Shown here piece by piece: positions 49,585-58,621 of a stretch of DNA of 64,000 bases. The DNA lies in IMG/VR virus record IMGVR_UViG_3300044568_003939; one strand, given 5' to 3'. This DNA is from a virus. The notes below the pieces were generated by a model that saw only the letters and a program-made list of their open reading frames with translations, did not search any database and was not told where the DNA came from. The position numbers and the translations under genes are program-made. The first letter of the stretch is position 1. Every line of letters begins with the position of its first letter.

Positions 49585-49980
49585 ATGAACGCAGAAACAA
49601 GAGTATACGAAAACATGAATCAAATTCGCTACAAAAAGATTGGCAACAAATATGTGCAGGATAATGATCCTTGGGCATATGAAGGATTGCGAGAAGGTTG
49701 GTGGCTTATAAAAGTAAAACCAGGAAGTACTTCAATTCGTCAAGCAGTCTATCCTGCAAAGGCAGAGATTATGGCTGCTGTGCGTGATAAAGAAGACGCG
49801 CTTGTCGACATTATTCGTAAAGCAAGTGAAGCAAGACCTCAATCCATTCCGCTATCAGAACAGGCAAAAGCTGATTGGGATTGGTTCATGTCTCGCAATG
49901 GAAAAGAATTTAGCACCCTTGAATATCCATCTCTACAAGAAAATGCTGAGCTTATCATTGCAGCACTATTGCAAAAATAA
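49585..49980 (+). CDS. hypothetical protein
   Basis: ORF in the operon. Confidence 0.6.
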   Translation: MNAETRVYENMNQIRYKKIGNKYVQDNDPWAYEGLREGWWLIKVKPGSTSIRQAVYPAKAEIMAAVRDKEDALVDIIRKASEARPQSIPLSEQAKADWDWFMSRNGKEFSTLEYPSLQENAELIIAALLQK

Positions 49981-50018
49981 TCCTTTACAAATCACATCTA
50001 ACTTGTTATAATAACACT

Positions 50019-50357
50019 ATGAAAAACCAAACTGTCTGGAGCCGCCTCGGCCAAATGTTTAGCGCGCGTCAAACCGAAACCGATGATACGCTGCGAGAAT
50101 TGCTATTCCTCTATACTACCAGCTTTGTTGAAAGCAATGAATATTGTGATACCAACTGGCAGGCCGTTGAGAATGGCATTGCTATTAAAGACTTCTTTAG
50201 TGAAGCGTATACATATATCACACGCGACCGTCCGCTTAATGTTGATCGTTGCATTGTTGAAGAGCTGGCCGGTAACAATGTGTGGTTAAACATTCTTGAA
50301 AGCGATGACTTGCGATTTATGCAAGACATCATCCGCTTCCGCAAATTCCTATTCTAA
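50019..50357 (+). CDS. hypothetical protein
   Basis: Promoter TTTACA 49984 / TATAAT 50007, 6 nt before the ATG. Confidence 0.65.
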   Translation: MKNQTVWSRLGQMFSARQTETDDTLRELLFLYTTSFVESNEYCDTNWQAVENGIAIKDFFSEAYTYITRDRPLNVDRCIVEELAGNNVWLNILESDDLRFMQDIIRFRKFLF

Positions 50358-50363
50358 ACACAT

Positions 50364-51098
50364 ATGCAAATTAAAGTAAATGACATTCGTAAATTGCTCG
50401 CCGAACAATACCTAACTGGAAAATTCACAACCGATAAGAGCGGTGTAAAAACCGTAGAGCTCGTGGGTGCAAGTTTCATTGCTGATGAAGCACTAATCTT
50501 TGGATCTGAAAATGCTGAATATATTCAAAACGAATTGGATTGGTATCTTTCACAAAGTCTCAATGTAAATGATATCCCTGGAAAGACACCTGCCATCTGG
50601 AATGCTGTAGCTACTCCTGAAGGCTTCATCAACAGCAATTATGGTTACCTCGTGCTAAGCAAAGAGAATGGTGCACAGTATGAAAATGTACGCAATGAAT
50701 TGACCGTTAACCCTGAAAGCCGCAGAGCCGTAATGATTTACACTCGACCAACCATGCATACTGACTGGTATGCTGGTGGAATGAGCGACTTCATTTGTAC
50801 CAATGCTGTTCAGTTTCTACTTCGAGATTCGCAGCTGCATATGATTGTTCAGATGCGCAGCAATGATGTTTGGGCCGGATATAGAAATGACTATGCATGG
50901 CAAAAGTATATTCAAGGCTGCTTGGTTGAAGATCTTGTGTGCCGCACTGGCAATGCAATCAGTGCTGGCAGTATCACATGGCAAGTAGGATCACTTCATG
51001 TGTATAGCCGACAATTTTACTTACTAGATCATTATATCAAAACTGAGGGAAAAGAATTTGTTATATCTAAAGAAGATTATAACAAATTGTATGAATAA
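50364..51098 (+). CDS. 42: dCMP hydroxymethylase gp42
   Basis: Resembles T4 gp42 along its length: DKSGVKT, GASFIADE, INSNYG, SRRAVMIYTRP, GMSDFICTN, MRSND, YRNDYAWQ (cytosine-specifying Asp) and GSLHVYSR. Confidence 0.92.
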   Translation: MQIKVNDIRKLLAEQYLTGKFTTDKSGVKTVELVGASFIADEALIFGSENAEYIQNELDWYLSQSLNVNDIPGKTPAIWNAVATPEGFINSNYGYLVLSKENGAQYENVRNELTVNPESRRAVMIYTRPTMHTDWYAGGMSDFICTNAVQFLLRDSQLHMIVQMRSNDVWAGYRNDYAWQKYIQGCLVEDLVCRTGNAISAGSITWQVGSLHVYSRQFYLLDHYIKTEGKEFVISKEDYNKLYE

Positions 51099-51261
51099 AG
51101 CTGCAAATAAATTGCGAAAAAAATTATCAGATATTCATTTAGGCAAAAAGAAAACTTGGAATATTGTTCATTGTCCCTATTGTGCTAAAATCGGGCGGCG
51201 TCCAAACATGACAAGATATCATTTTAATAAATGCAAAAAAGTCCTTTACAAATCCATATAA
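51091..51261 (+). pseudogene. homing endonuclease C-terminal remnant
   Basis: RKKLSDIHLGK + CPYCAKIG..PNMTRYHFNKCK, with no nuclease domain. Confidence 0.55.
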
Positions 51262-51279
51262 ACAGTATATAATAAATTT

Positions 51280-51405
51280 ATGAAAAACAGCAACCCCAAG
51301 GTAAAGCCAAAGAAAATTCGTCGCAAGGGAATCCATGCCAAAAGCAAAACTTCTCATCTTAAGCAAAGTAAAAACTACAAGAAACTGTCACGTGGCCAAG
51401 GTTAA
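51280..51405 (+). CDS. 41-aa highly basic peptide (not in ORF track)
   Basis: MKNSNPKVKPKKIRRKGIHAKSKTSHLKQSKNYKKLSRGQG*; promoter 51245-51273 lies 6 nt upstream. Confidence 0.65.
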   Translation: MKNSNPKVKPKKIRRKGIHAKSKTSHLKQSKNYKKLSRGQG

Positions 51406-51421
51406 TCCAAACACAACTGCT

Positions 51422-51763
51422 GTGACTCCACCAGTTAAAGAAAGTATTCTGGTATTGAAAGAATGCGCCGAATTGCAAGAACGCAAGAGTCGTGACTATC
51501 AAAACCCAAACAGTCGCATTCGTCAAGCAAACTATTACCCACGCGGTGTAGCTAGCATTCTTGATATTATTCAAGCTAAGGTATTGCGAATGTATAGTGT
51601 GATTGAAGCTATGGAAAATGATCCTGAGTATCAACCCAACTTTGAGAGTATTGAAGATAGTGGTAAGGATCTAATCAACTACAGTTCATTCCTTGTAGCA
51701 TATATGCGCGGCAAAGTTGATGGTCAAGAAGCTGATCGCGATTTTCTTAACCGCCGCATCTAA
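51422..51763 (+). CDS. nucleotide-modification-associated all-alpha protein (DUF1599/Nmad-like)
   Basis: ERKSRDY...ESIEDSGKDLINYS; start uncertain (GTG 51422 or ATG 51335). Confidence 0.65.
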   Translation: MTPPVKESILVLKECAELQERKSRDYQNPNSRIRQANYYPRGVASILDIIQAKVLRMYSVIEAMENDPEYQPNFESIEDSGKDLINYSSFLVAYMRGKVDGQEADRDFLNRRI

Positions 51764-51778
51764 GCATATATACATCAT

Positions 51779-52843
51779 ATGATTTCAGACTATACAACCA
51801 CTCTTGTTGTTGACTTTGATGATACCATTGCTATTACTCACAATCGTGATTGGGTAAATGCAATGCCAAATGTTGCGCTTGTCAACAAACTCAATGCTTT
51901 ATGTGATGATGGCTGGAGCATTCATATTGTTACCGCACGAGGTCAACTCTCATGTAATGGTGATTGTGAAGCGGCCGATCTCAAGTACAGAGCACAAATT
52001 GAGAGCTGGCTAACTCAGCATGACGTAAAGTATAGCTCGCTTAGCTTCCAAAAGAAGCTTGCAGCATACTACATTGATGACAAAGGTATTACACCAGAAC
52101 AATTTGTTAAAAGCTTTGAGCGCACAAGATTGGTTGGCGGTTGGAGTGGTGACTCTGTGTATTATGATAAAGTGACAGACAGCGTCTACAAGACATCAAA
52201 AAATACACAGAGTGTTGTGCGATGGTTTGAGGCCGCGCGATGGTATGGTTATAATGTCCCAGGAGTGCATAGTGTTATTGGTGATACTATTCGTATGCAA
52301 TATTTGCATACATACAGTGGTGACATAACCGACGTGCTGGAAACCGTTCATACCTTCGCTTCTCATCCGCCTCTGCAATCTGAACCTGTTAGCGCCGATT
52401 CATATATTTCACGCTGTCGTGAACGCGTTAAGGACCTGCTGTATATTGGCGACTATAGTTTCATCTATATTCTGCTTAATGGCGCGATGTGGTATACACC
52501 AACATCCTTTAGTCATGGAGATTGCAGCATCAGTAACATTATGAGTAATGATAGTACTGGTCAAAGCATTTGTTTTATTGATCCAATCAATGACATCACA
52601 CTATATAGTTCATGGGTCATTGACATTGCCAAACTATATACTACAATTGCTTTGAACGACTCGTCTGATTCTTCACTTCAACTTATTGAAAATAGTGGAT
52701 TGGTGCCGGTCGAAGTTCTTAAGGCTCATGAGATTGGTCATCTTTGTAGAATGTATCCATATGCGAATGACAAAGAATATCTATTACAATACTTAAAAAA
52801 TAAAATCAATGCTGCCAGACAAACAATATACACAACTAGATAA
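51779..52843 (+). CDS. HAD phosphatase + APH/choline-kinase-like fusion
   Basis: N-terminal VVDFDDTI, VTARG and YYIDDK; C-terminal SHGDCSISNI, FIDP and DIAKL. Confidence 0.78.
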   Translation: MISDYTTTLVVDFDDTIAITHNRDWVNAMPNVALVNKLNALCDDGWSIHIVTARGQLSCNGDCEAADLKYRAQIESWLTQHDVKYSSLSFQKKLAAYYIDDKGITPEQFVKSFERTRLVGGWSGDSVYYDKVTDSVYKTSKNTQSVVRWFEAARWYGYNVPGVHSVIGDTIRMQYLHTYSGDITDVLETVHTFASHPPLQSEPVSADSYISRCRERVKDLLYIGDYSFIYILLNGAMWYTPTSFSHGDCSISNIMSNDSTGQSICFIDPINDITLYSSWVIDIAKLYTTIALNDSSDSSLQLIENSGLVPVEVLKAHEIGHLCRMYPYANDKEYLLQYLKNKINAARQTIYTTR

Positions 52844-52854
52844 AAACCAGAAAT

Positions 52855-53310
52855 ATGTACATTAATAAAAAAGAAATAGCAAAAAAACTAAATAAAGATG
52901 TAACCGAGGTTATAATTGGTTTCAGCTGTTCCACCTTCGATCTCTTTCATGCTGGCCACACAGTAATGCTTATGGAAGCAAAACAATTGTGTGACTATCT
53001 AATTGTAGGATTATTGGTTGATCCCACAAAGGATCGTGCTGATACAAAGAACGCACCAGTTCAAAGTGTATTTGAGCGATACCTACAAGTATCAGCATGC
53101 AAATATGTGGACGAAATTATTCCCTTTGAAACCGAAAAGGATCTGGAAGATATGATTCTTACAATCAATCCTGATGTGCGCATTGTTGGCGAGGAATACC
53201 AAGGTACCAATCACACCGGAAAAGACCTTTGCCCAATCCATTACAACAAAAGAAGACACAGTTTCTCTACAAGTGAATTGAGATCGCGCGTCATTGCAAA
53301 GAAAAATTAA
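52855..53310 (+). CDS. HIGH-motif nucleotidyltransferase (TagD/RfaE-like cytidylyltransferase)
   Basis: STFDLFHAGH, CDYLIVGL, KYVDEII and FSTSELR motifs. Confidence 0.88.
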   Translation: MYINKKEIAKKLNKDVTEVIIGFSCSTFDLFHAGHTVMLMEAKQLCDYLIVGLLVDPTKDRADTKNAPVQSVFERYLQVSACKYVDEIIPFETEKDLEDMILTINPDVRIVGEEYQGTNHTGKDLCPIHYNKRRHSFSTSELRSRVIAKKN

Positions 53311-53326
53311 CCACATATATAACTCT

Positions 53327-54346
53327 ATGAAGATACTTATTACTGGAGGCTGCGGCTTCGTCGGAACAAATCTTATTCCTAATTTGTTAGAACTAGGGCA
53401 TGATGTGATTGTAATTGACAATCTTGCGCACGGCTCATATATCCCTGAAGTGCATGATCGTGTCCGTTTTTTCAAATGCGATATTCGTGACCGTGAAGCA
53501 ATGCATTTACACATTGGCAATATCAAACCTGACATTACTTTTCACTTTGCAGGCTTGGTTAGCATTTATGATTGCCATCGTGACCCATCAAGTGCGGTTG
53601 ACAACAACATTGTTGGTAGTGTAAATGTATTTGATGCACTGCTTGCAGCCGGTTGCCCACGCGTTGTTTTCTCTGAGACGAGTGCAGTATATGAAAATTG
53701 TGAGCTGCTACAAGATGGTTATTTTGAAGGCCAAAGCGATCCTACTACAGTGTATGCAAGCACTAAAGCAGCTGTTGCATTGCTTGCTGAAAGTTATGCA
53801 CGCACCAAAGGATTGCGCTATACTGCATTGCGTTACTTTAATATTGCAGGGCCTATTCAAGACTACAAGCGCACTGTGCCTCCACTGTTTGCCGGCTTTG
53901 CTATTCGCATGATGGGAGGTAACAACCCAATCATCTTCGGCGATGGCCAACGTCGTAGGGACTTTATTCATGTTGATGACGTGAATGCTTTTCACGTTCA
54001 ATGCTTAACCGATGATCGCACTATTGGCCAAACATACAATCTTGGGCGTGGACAAAGTTGTAGCCTATTTGAAATTGGTGATGCTGTTGCAGGTGTACTT
54101 AAAGCGCGTGGATATGAAGTGCCAGATGCAGTAGAATATACCTTTATGCCGGAAATCAACGGTGAAGCATTTGAAATATTTGCGGATATTCGCAAGGCGC
54201 TCTCGCTTGGCTGGTGCCCAAAGAAAAGTATCTCAACTGCACTTGATGATACAATTGCCTATCTTGAAAAAGAAATTGAGCGAGGCGCCATTGATCCTCT
54301 AACCTACATGGTTGACTTGAATACCGACAGCGTTAAGATTGGATAA
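53327..54346 (+). CDS. NAD-dependent nucleotide-sugar epimerase/dehydratase
   Basis: ITGGCGFVG, YASTK, LRYFNI and GDGQRRRDFIHVDD motifs. Confidence 0.92.
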   Translation: MKILITGGCGFVGTNLIPNLLELGHDVIVIDNLAHGSYIPEVHDRVRFFKCDIRDREAMHLHIGNIKPDITFHFAGLVSIYDCHRDPSSAVDNNIVGSVNVFDALLAAGCPRVVFSETSAVYENCELLQDGYFEGQSDPTTVYASTKAAVALLAESYARTKGLRYTALRYFNIAGPIQDYKRTVPPLFAGFAIRMMGGNNPIIFGDGQRRRDFIHVDDVNAFHVQCLTDDRTIGQTYNLGRGQSCSLFEIGDAVAGVLKARGYEVPDAVEYTFMPEINGEAFEIFADIRKALSLGWCPKKSISTALDDTIAYLEKEIERGAIDPLTYMVDLNTDSVKIG

Positions 54347-54347
54347 T

Positions 54348-55622
54348 ATGAATGTATATGTAGGAAAGATTGGCAAGAGCATATTGTTTAATCGCAATTC
54401 ATGGGGGAATATTGGCGGTGACTGCGAAGCGCCCAAGTATTATGAAAACCTATTTGCGCGTAATCCTAGCATTACATTTTACCTGTTGGGTTGCAATGAC
54501 TTTTCACGTCTAAGCAGCAGCGAAAAGCAACGCATCAATGCGAATGGTAATGTGGTTGACATTTGGGGTAAGCAGTTTGTGGATTGGAAAAAGAACAATC
54601 CAATGGACAGTAAATTACACAATATAGAATACCTTAAAGAATATGTTGCACTCAATCATGTAAAGTTTGATGCTGGTGTTGTATTTACTGGTCCAACCGG
54701 TACTACCAACATTCCATTTAAGGTTACCAAAATGCGTAACCCTAGTGAGGTTGCAAGTCCTCTTGAAATGTTATGCAAATATGTTGCACCCATGACGGAT
54801 TGGATGAATGATAATCGCCACATCCCATACATTCTCATTGTAAATGATCCACGCTTCTGGCCTCCTAATGCACGCGATTGGATTCATATGCCAACCATTG
54901 TCTTGTCACAATATGATGAAGATACGCGTGTAACAGTTCGTAAAAACTATACAGACAATGAAACGGTAGTGCACACCATTCCCAGTACCTATAGTGCAAT
55001 GGAAACCATCTTTCTTATTGGACAAGATAAAGAAAAGCAAAGCGCCGAAACGGAAACTTCGTCGTTGGATACATTCTTTGGTGAAGACATACCAGAGCCG
55101 GCTGGTATAAAAGACATCAACTTTATGATTGTTCTCAATGAGGGGCGACCATCACGATACAACCTGTTGAAAGAAACCATTCTTAACCATGTACAAGATG
55201 TAGCAATCTATGGCAAATGGGATGAGCGTACTATTGGAACAGACTCTCGTTTTAAAGGCAGCTTACCGTTCCATGAATTGCAAAGCATGCTGCCGCGCGT
55301 AAAATATACTTATTGCATTCCTATCAAAAAAGGATGGGTCACCATGAAGTTCTGGGAGATGGCTCATTATGGAATCATACCATTCCTGCATCCAACTTAT
55401 GATGAACAAAACCATTTAAATGCTCCACAGTTCTTGCGTGTAAAGGACAGTAAAGACCTATTTGATAAGATTGCATATCTTGAAAGTAATCCAGACGCAT
55501 ATACTAAGTTGCGCGATACTCTTGATACTATGTTAAAGCCATCATACTATTCTGGTGAGCATTTGAATGATGTTACGCTAGCTGCATTGAATAAGATTAC
55601 GGGTCCCGGCAAAGTCCTATAA
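54348..55622 (+). CDS. T4 beta-glucosyltransferase-like GT-B DNA glycosyltransferase
   Basis: NDPRFWP (cf. BGT TDPRLP), FKGSLP, VTMKFWE (cf. ITLRVWE) and HPTYD; modification-cluster context. Confidence 0.7.
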   Translation: MNVYVGKIGKSILFNRNSWGNIGGDCEAPKYYENLFARNPSITFYLLGCNDFSRLSSSEKQRINANGNVVDIWGKQFVDWKKNNPMDSKLHNIEYLKEYVALNHVKFDAGVVFTGPTGTTNIPFKVTKMRNPSEVASPLEMLCKYVAPMTDWMNDNRHIPYILIVNDPRFWPPNARDWIHMPTIVLSQYDEDTRVTVRKNYTDNETVVHTIPSTYSAMETIFLIGQDKEKQSAETETSSLDTFFGEDIPEPAGIKDINFMIVLNEGRPSRYNLLKETILNHVQDVAIYGKWDERTIGTDSRFKGSLPFHELQSMLPRVKYTYCIPIKKGWVTMKFWEMAHYGIIPFLHPTYDEQNHLNAPQFLRVKDSKDLFDKIAYLESNPDAYTKLRDTLDTMLKPSYYSGEHLNDVTLAALNKITGPGKVL

Positions 55623-55630
55623 ATCAATTT

Positions 55631-56902
55631 ATGGAGAACGCACAAAAGAAATACACATACGCATCAATCGTACCGCTTATTGGCGGTGAATCACTTGGAG
55701 TCATGGAAGCACTAGATGGACAACTTCCAGAATACGTATTATCATATAGTCCCTTTGCAAGCAATGACGATCACTACATTCAATACATCCGCAACACAAA
55801 AGGATGGACTGGTGACTATATTCACCTTGACAAACAGCCTGATTATGTACCAGAATCGGTTGATGTTGTAAATTCCACCTGCCCTTGTGCTGGTTTGAGC
55901 AGCCTTAGCACTGCAAGCAGTGCAGATAGTGCAGTTAATGAATGGTTGTATACCACCGCTGAATATGTACTTGATAAAGTAGGTCCTAAAGTATTTTGGG
56001 GCGAGAATGCTCCACGTTTATACAGCAACATGGGTAAAAAAGTCGCAGACCGTTTGTTTGCTATCGGCGAAAAGTATGGGTATAGCTTAAACTTGTATTA
56101 TACTGAAAGCCGCCTTCACGGCCTGTCTCAAAAGCGCGGCCGCACATTCTACTTCTTTACTAAGAGTACATCTGCTCCGCTATTTAGTTGGTTTAATGTT
56201 CCTGGAGAACCCATTGAAAACATCTTTAATATGGCATATGCTGATGGTGATCCAATGAATATCTCTTGCAATGAAGATGATCCCAATACCAATGGTTGGG
56301 CTGCATACGCCATGCACAAGACTGGTACTAAAGATATTAAAGAACTATATGACACCCTGGATGATACACAGAATCTTATTGTCTGGGCCGACGGCGGCTT
56401 AGGTGATAATCTTACAGTTGTATCGGAATGGATGGATGCGAATGGTTATACTAAAACTGCAGGACGTGCTCGGGATATGGCCGCTAAACGTGCAAAAGGT
56501 ATGGGTTACTGGGCGCATGGCATTACTATGGTCAAAGGTATTATTCCTAGTCTGATTGGAGCATTGCCATTCTGGATGATTAATCCATTTACTCAAAGCT
56601 TTCCAACTGTACGTGACTGTCTCCGTGTTATGAAGATGCCTGAAGACTTTAATCTTGCATCATTGCACCCGCTTAAAACCAAGATTAATCACATCTGCCA
56701 AAATGTACCTGTAAGTACAGCTCGTGATATGATGCTTAATGTAGTAAAGTATCTTGATGGCGATGTTACTTGGAGTGAAAGTAACTATACCAAACAAAGC
56801 AATAAGAATAAGACGGTTGAATATCCTACACGTGTGCTGCTAAATAATTCTCATGAACTTGATGAATTTTTTAGTTTACAGAAGAAGAAAAACCTGTTAT
56901 AA
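55631..56902 (+). CDS. C5-cytosine methyltransferase-fold protein with atypical SAM motifs
   Basis: Motif IV TCPCAGLS, VI GENAP, VIII QKRGR and IX VRDCLRVMKMPEDF; motif I reads VPLIGG and motif X reads CQNVPV. Confidence 0.75.
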   Translation: MENAQKKYTYASIVPLIGGESLGVMEALDGQLPEYVLSYSPFASNDDHYIQYIRNTKGWTGDYIHLDKQPDYVPESVDVVNSTCPCAGLSSLSTASSADSAVNEWLYTTAEYVLDKVGPKVFWGENAPRLYSNMGKKVADRLFAIGEKYGYSLNLYYTESRLHGLSQKRGRTFYFFTKSTSAPLFSWFNVPGEPIENIFNMAYADGDPMNISCNEDDPNTNGWAAYAMHKTGTKDIKELYDTLDDTQNLIVWADGGLGDNLTVVSEWMDANGYTKTAGRARDMAAKRAKGMGYWAHGITMVKGIIPSLIGALPFWMINPFTQSFPTVRDCLRVMKMPEDFNLASLHPLKTKINHICQNVPVSTARDMMLNVVKYLDGDVTWSESNYTKQSNKNKTVEYPTRVLLNNSHELDEFFSLQKKKNLL

Positions 56903-56924
56903 TAATATCTCAACGAAATAATAT

Positions 56925-57839
56925 ATGTCATCTGTACTAGAAAAACTAAAAAAGAATTGCCGAATTAAAGAAGCCGACGTCTTGGCTGACAGCGATTTTT
57001 ATGCTGAAAAAGACATCACCTCCACAAGTGTACCAATGGTCAATGTCGCATTAAGCGGCAGTATTGACGGTGGATTGACCAGCGGCCTTACCGTTCTTGC
57101 TGGTCCGTCAAAGCACTTTAAGACCAGCTTTGCATTGCTTATGGCAGGTGCATATCTTAAGAAACATAAAGATGCTTGCCTTATGTTTTATGATAGCGAA
57201 TTTGGTAGTCCTCAGCAATACTTCGAAAGCTTTGGTATTGACACCAACCGAGTATTGCATATTCCTATCAAGAATATTGAAGAGCTCAAGTTTGATATTG
57301 TAAATCAACTTGAGCAAATGGAGCGCAAGGACAAGGTAATTATTGTTATTGATAGTGTTGGTAACCTTGCATCCAAAAAAGAATTGGAAGATGCAATGAA
57401 TGAAAAGAGCGTTGCCGACATGACTCGTGCTAAAGCGCTTAAAGGATTGTTCCGTATGGTTACGCCATACCTTACAATGAAAAACATTTGCTTGCTTGCA
57501 ATCAACCATACCTACCTCGAGATCGGACTTTTCCCTAAGTCAATTGTTAGCGGAGGATGTGTTGCTGCTGGAACTCTTATTACTCTGCCTGATGGAACAA
57601 CCAAAGCCGTTGAAGACTTTATTGAAGGTGATACTGTTCAAACATTGGATGGGCCTAAGGAAGTTACTGCTGTCTGGAATCCTGATACTCTTGAAGACGG
57701 TGAGCCCGAATGCTATGAAGTTACCTTTGAAGACGGTCATACTGTCATTTGTAGTGATACCCATAAGTTCATGATTGGCGACCAATGGGTTGAAGCTAAA
57801 GATTTGGTGGTTGCTCAAGACTGTAAAGTATTGGTTTAA
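56925..57839 (+). CDS. uvsX: UvsX N-extein + 93-aa N-intein
   Basis: LAGPSKHFKT, YDSEFG and DSVGNLAS motifs; the extein ends IVSGG; intein CVAAGT starts at 57558; block B CSDTHKF; promoter at 56875-56903. Confidence 0.93.
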   Translation: MSSVLEKLKKNCRIKEADVLADSDFYAEKDITSTSVPMVNVALSGSIDGGLTSGLTVLAGPSKHFKTSFALLMAGAYLKKHKDACLMFYDSEFGSPQQYFESFGIDTNRVLHIPIKNIEELKFDIVNQLEQMERKDKVIIVIDSVGNLASKKELEDAMNEKSVADMTRAKALKGLFRMVTPYLTMKNICLLAINHTYLEIGLFPKSIVSGGCVAAGTLITLPDGTTKAVEDFIEGDTVQTLDGPKEVTAVWNPDTLEDGEPECYEVTFEDGHTVICSDTHKFMIGDQWVEAKDLVVAQDCKVLV

Positions 57840-57886
57840 GTTAAAATCGTCAATTGTATAAATAAGTATGTTAACCACACATACCT

Positions 57887-58576
57887 ATGACATTTAAATT
57901 GATGATAAAAACGCATAACATAACAGGTCTTAAATATCTGTGCGTCACTTCCAAAGATGACTATGAATCGTATAGCGGTTCTGGGCATTACTGGAAGTCA
58001 CACATAAAGACGCATGGCAAAGATATTTTTACTGAGTTATTAGGAACATACCAAACAAAAGAAGAATTGCGAAATGCCGCTGTTTTAGCCTCAGCTAAAT
58101 ATGATGTTGTTGAAAGTAGCGAATGGGCAAATTTAATTCCTGAAACTGGTTATGATTATGACGGCATTACCAGGAAAGGTTGGTTTGGGTGGTATGAATC
58201 TTTATCTGATGAAGAAATAGTGAATAGAAATGAAAACATTAGTTTAAAGGTAAAAGAAAGAATATCTAATACAGATCCGTCTATAATATCAGAAATGAAT
58301 AAAAAGCAACGATTAAACATGTCTGAAGAAGCTGCAAAAATTAGAAAAACAAAAATTCAAGATGTATATAATACAGGAAAGCACGATGCATTATTTAAGA
58401 GATATTCAGAAGAAAGAACTGGTGGAAATAATCCTTGTGCAAAATCAATTATGATTAACGAAATACAGTATGACTGTATTAAAGATGCCGTAAATGCTTT
58501 AAATTTAACTAGAGCCGTTATATCACGCCGAATTAAGTCCGATCATACACAATGGAGTAAATGGAATTACGTTTAA
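57887..58576 (+). mobile_element. free-standing GIY-YIG-like homing endonuclease
   Basis: IKTHNITGLKY..., YSGSGHYWKSHIKTHG and WANLIPE; C-terminal HTH-like DNA-binding module; late promoter at 57857-57864. Confidence 0.75.
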
Positions 58577-58621
58577 AAAAGACCTTTACAAACAGAAGAA
58601 AATATATTATAATATAACATA

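Noticed and set aside
50364-51098. Ordinary thymidylate synthase
   Set aside because: The RND Asp and overall similarity match gp42 dCMP hydroxymethylase rather than ThyA.
51779-54346. Host LPS/capsule-modifying auxiliary genes
   Set aside because: Not excluded, but flanking by gp42, a BGT-like and an MTase-like gene, with no membrane or export components, favours DNA modification.
57840-58621. Group I intron explanation for the interrupted uvsX, 41 and 17 genes
   Set aside because: Non-coding flanks are only tens of nt or absent, too short for a ribozyme core, and complete intein blocks flank each break.
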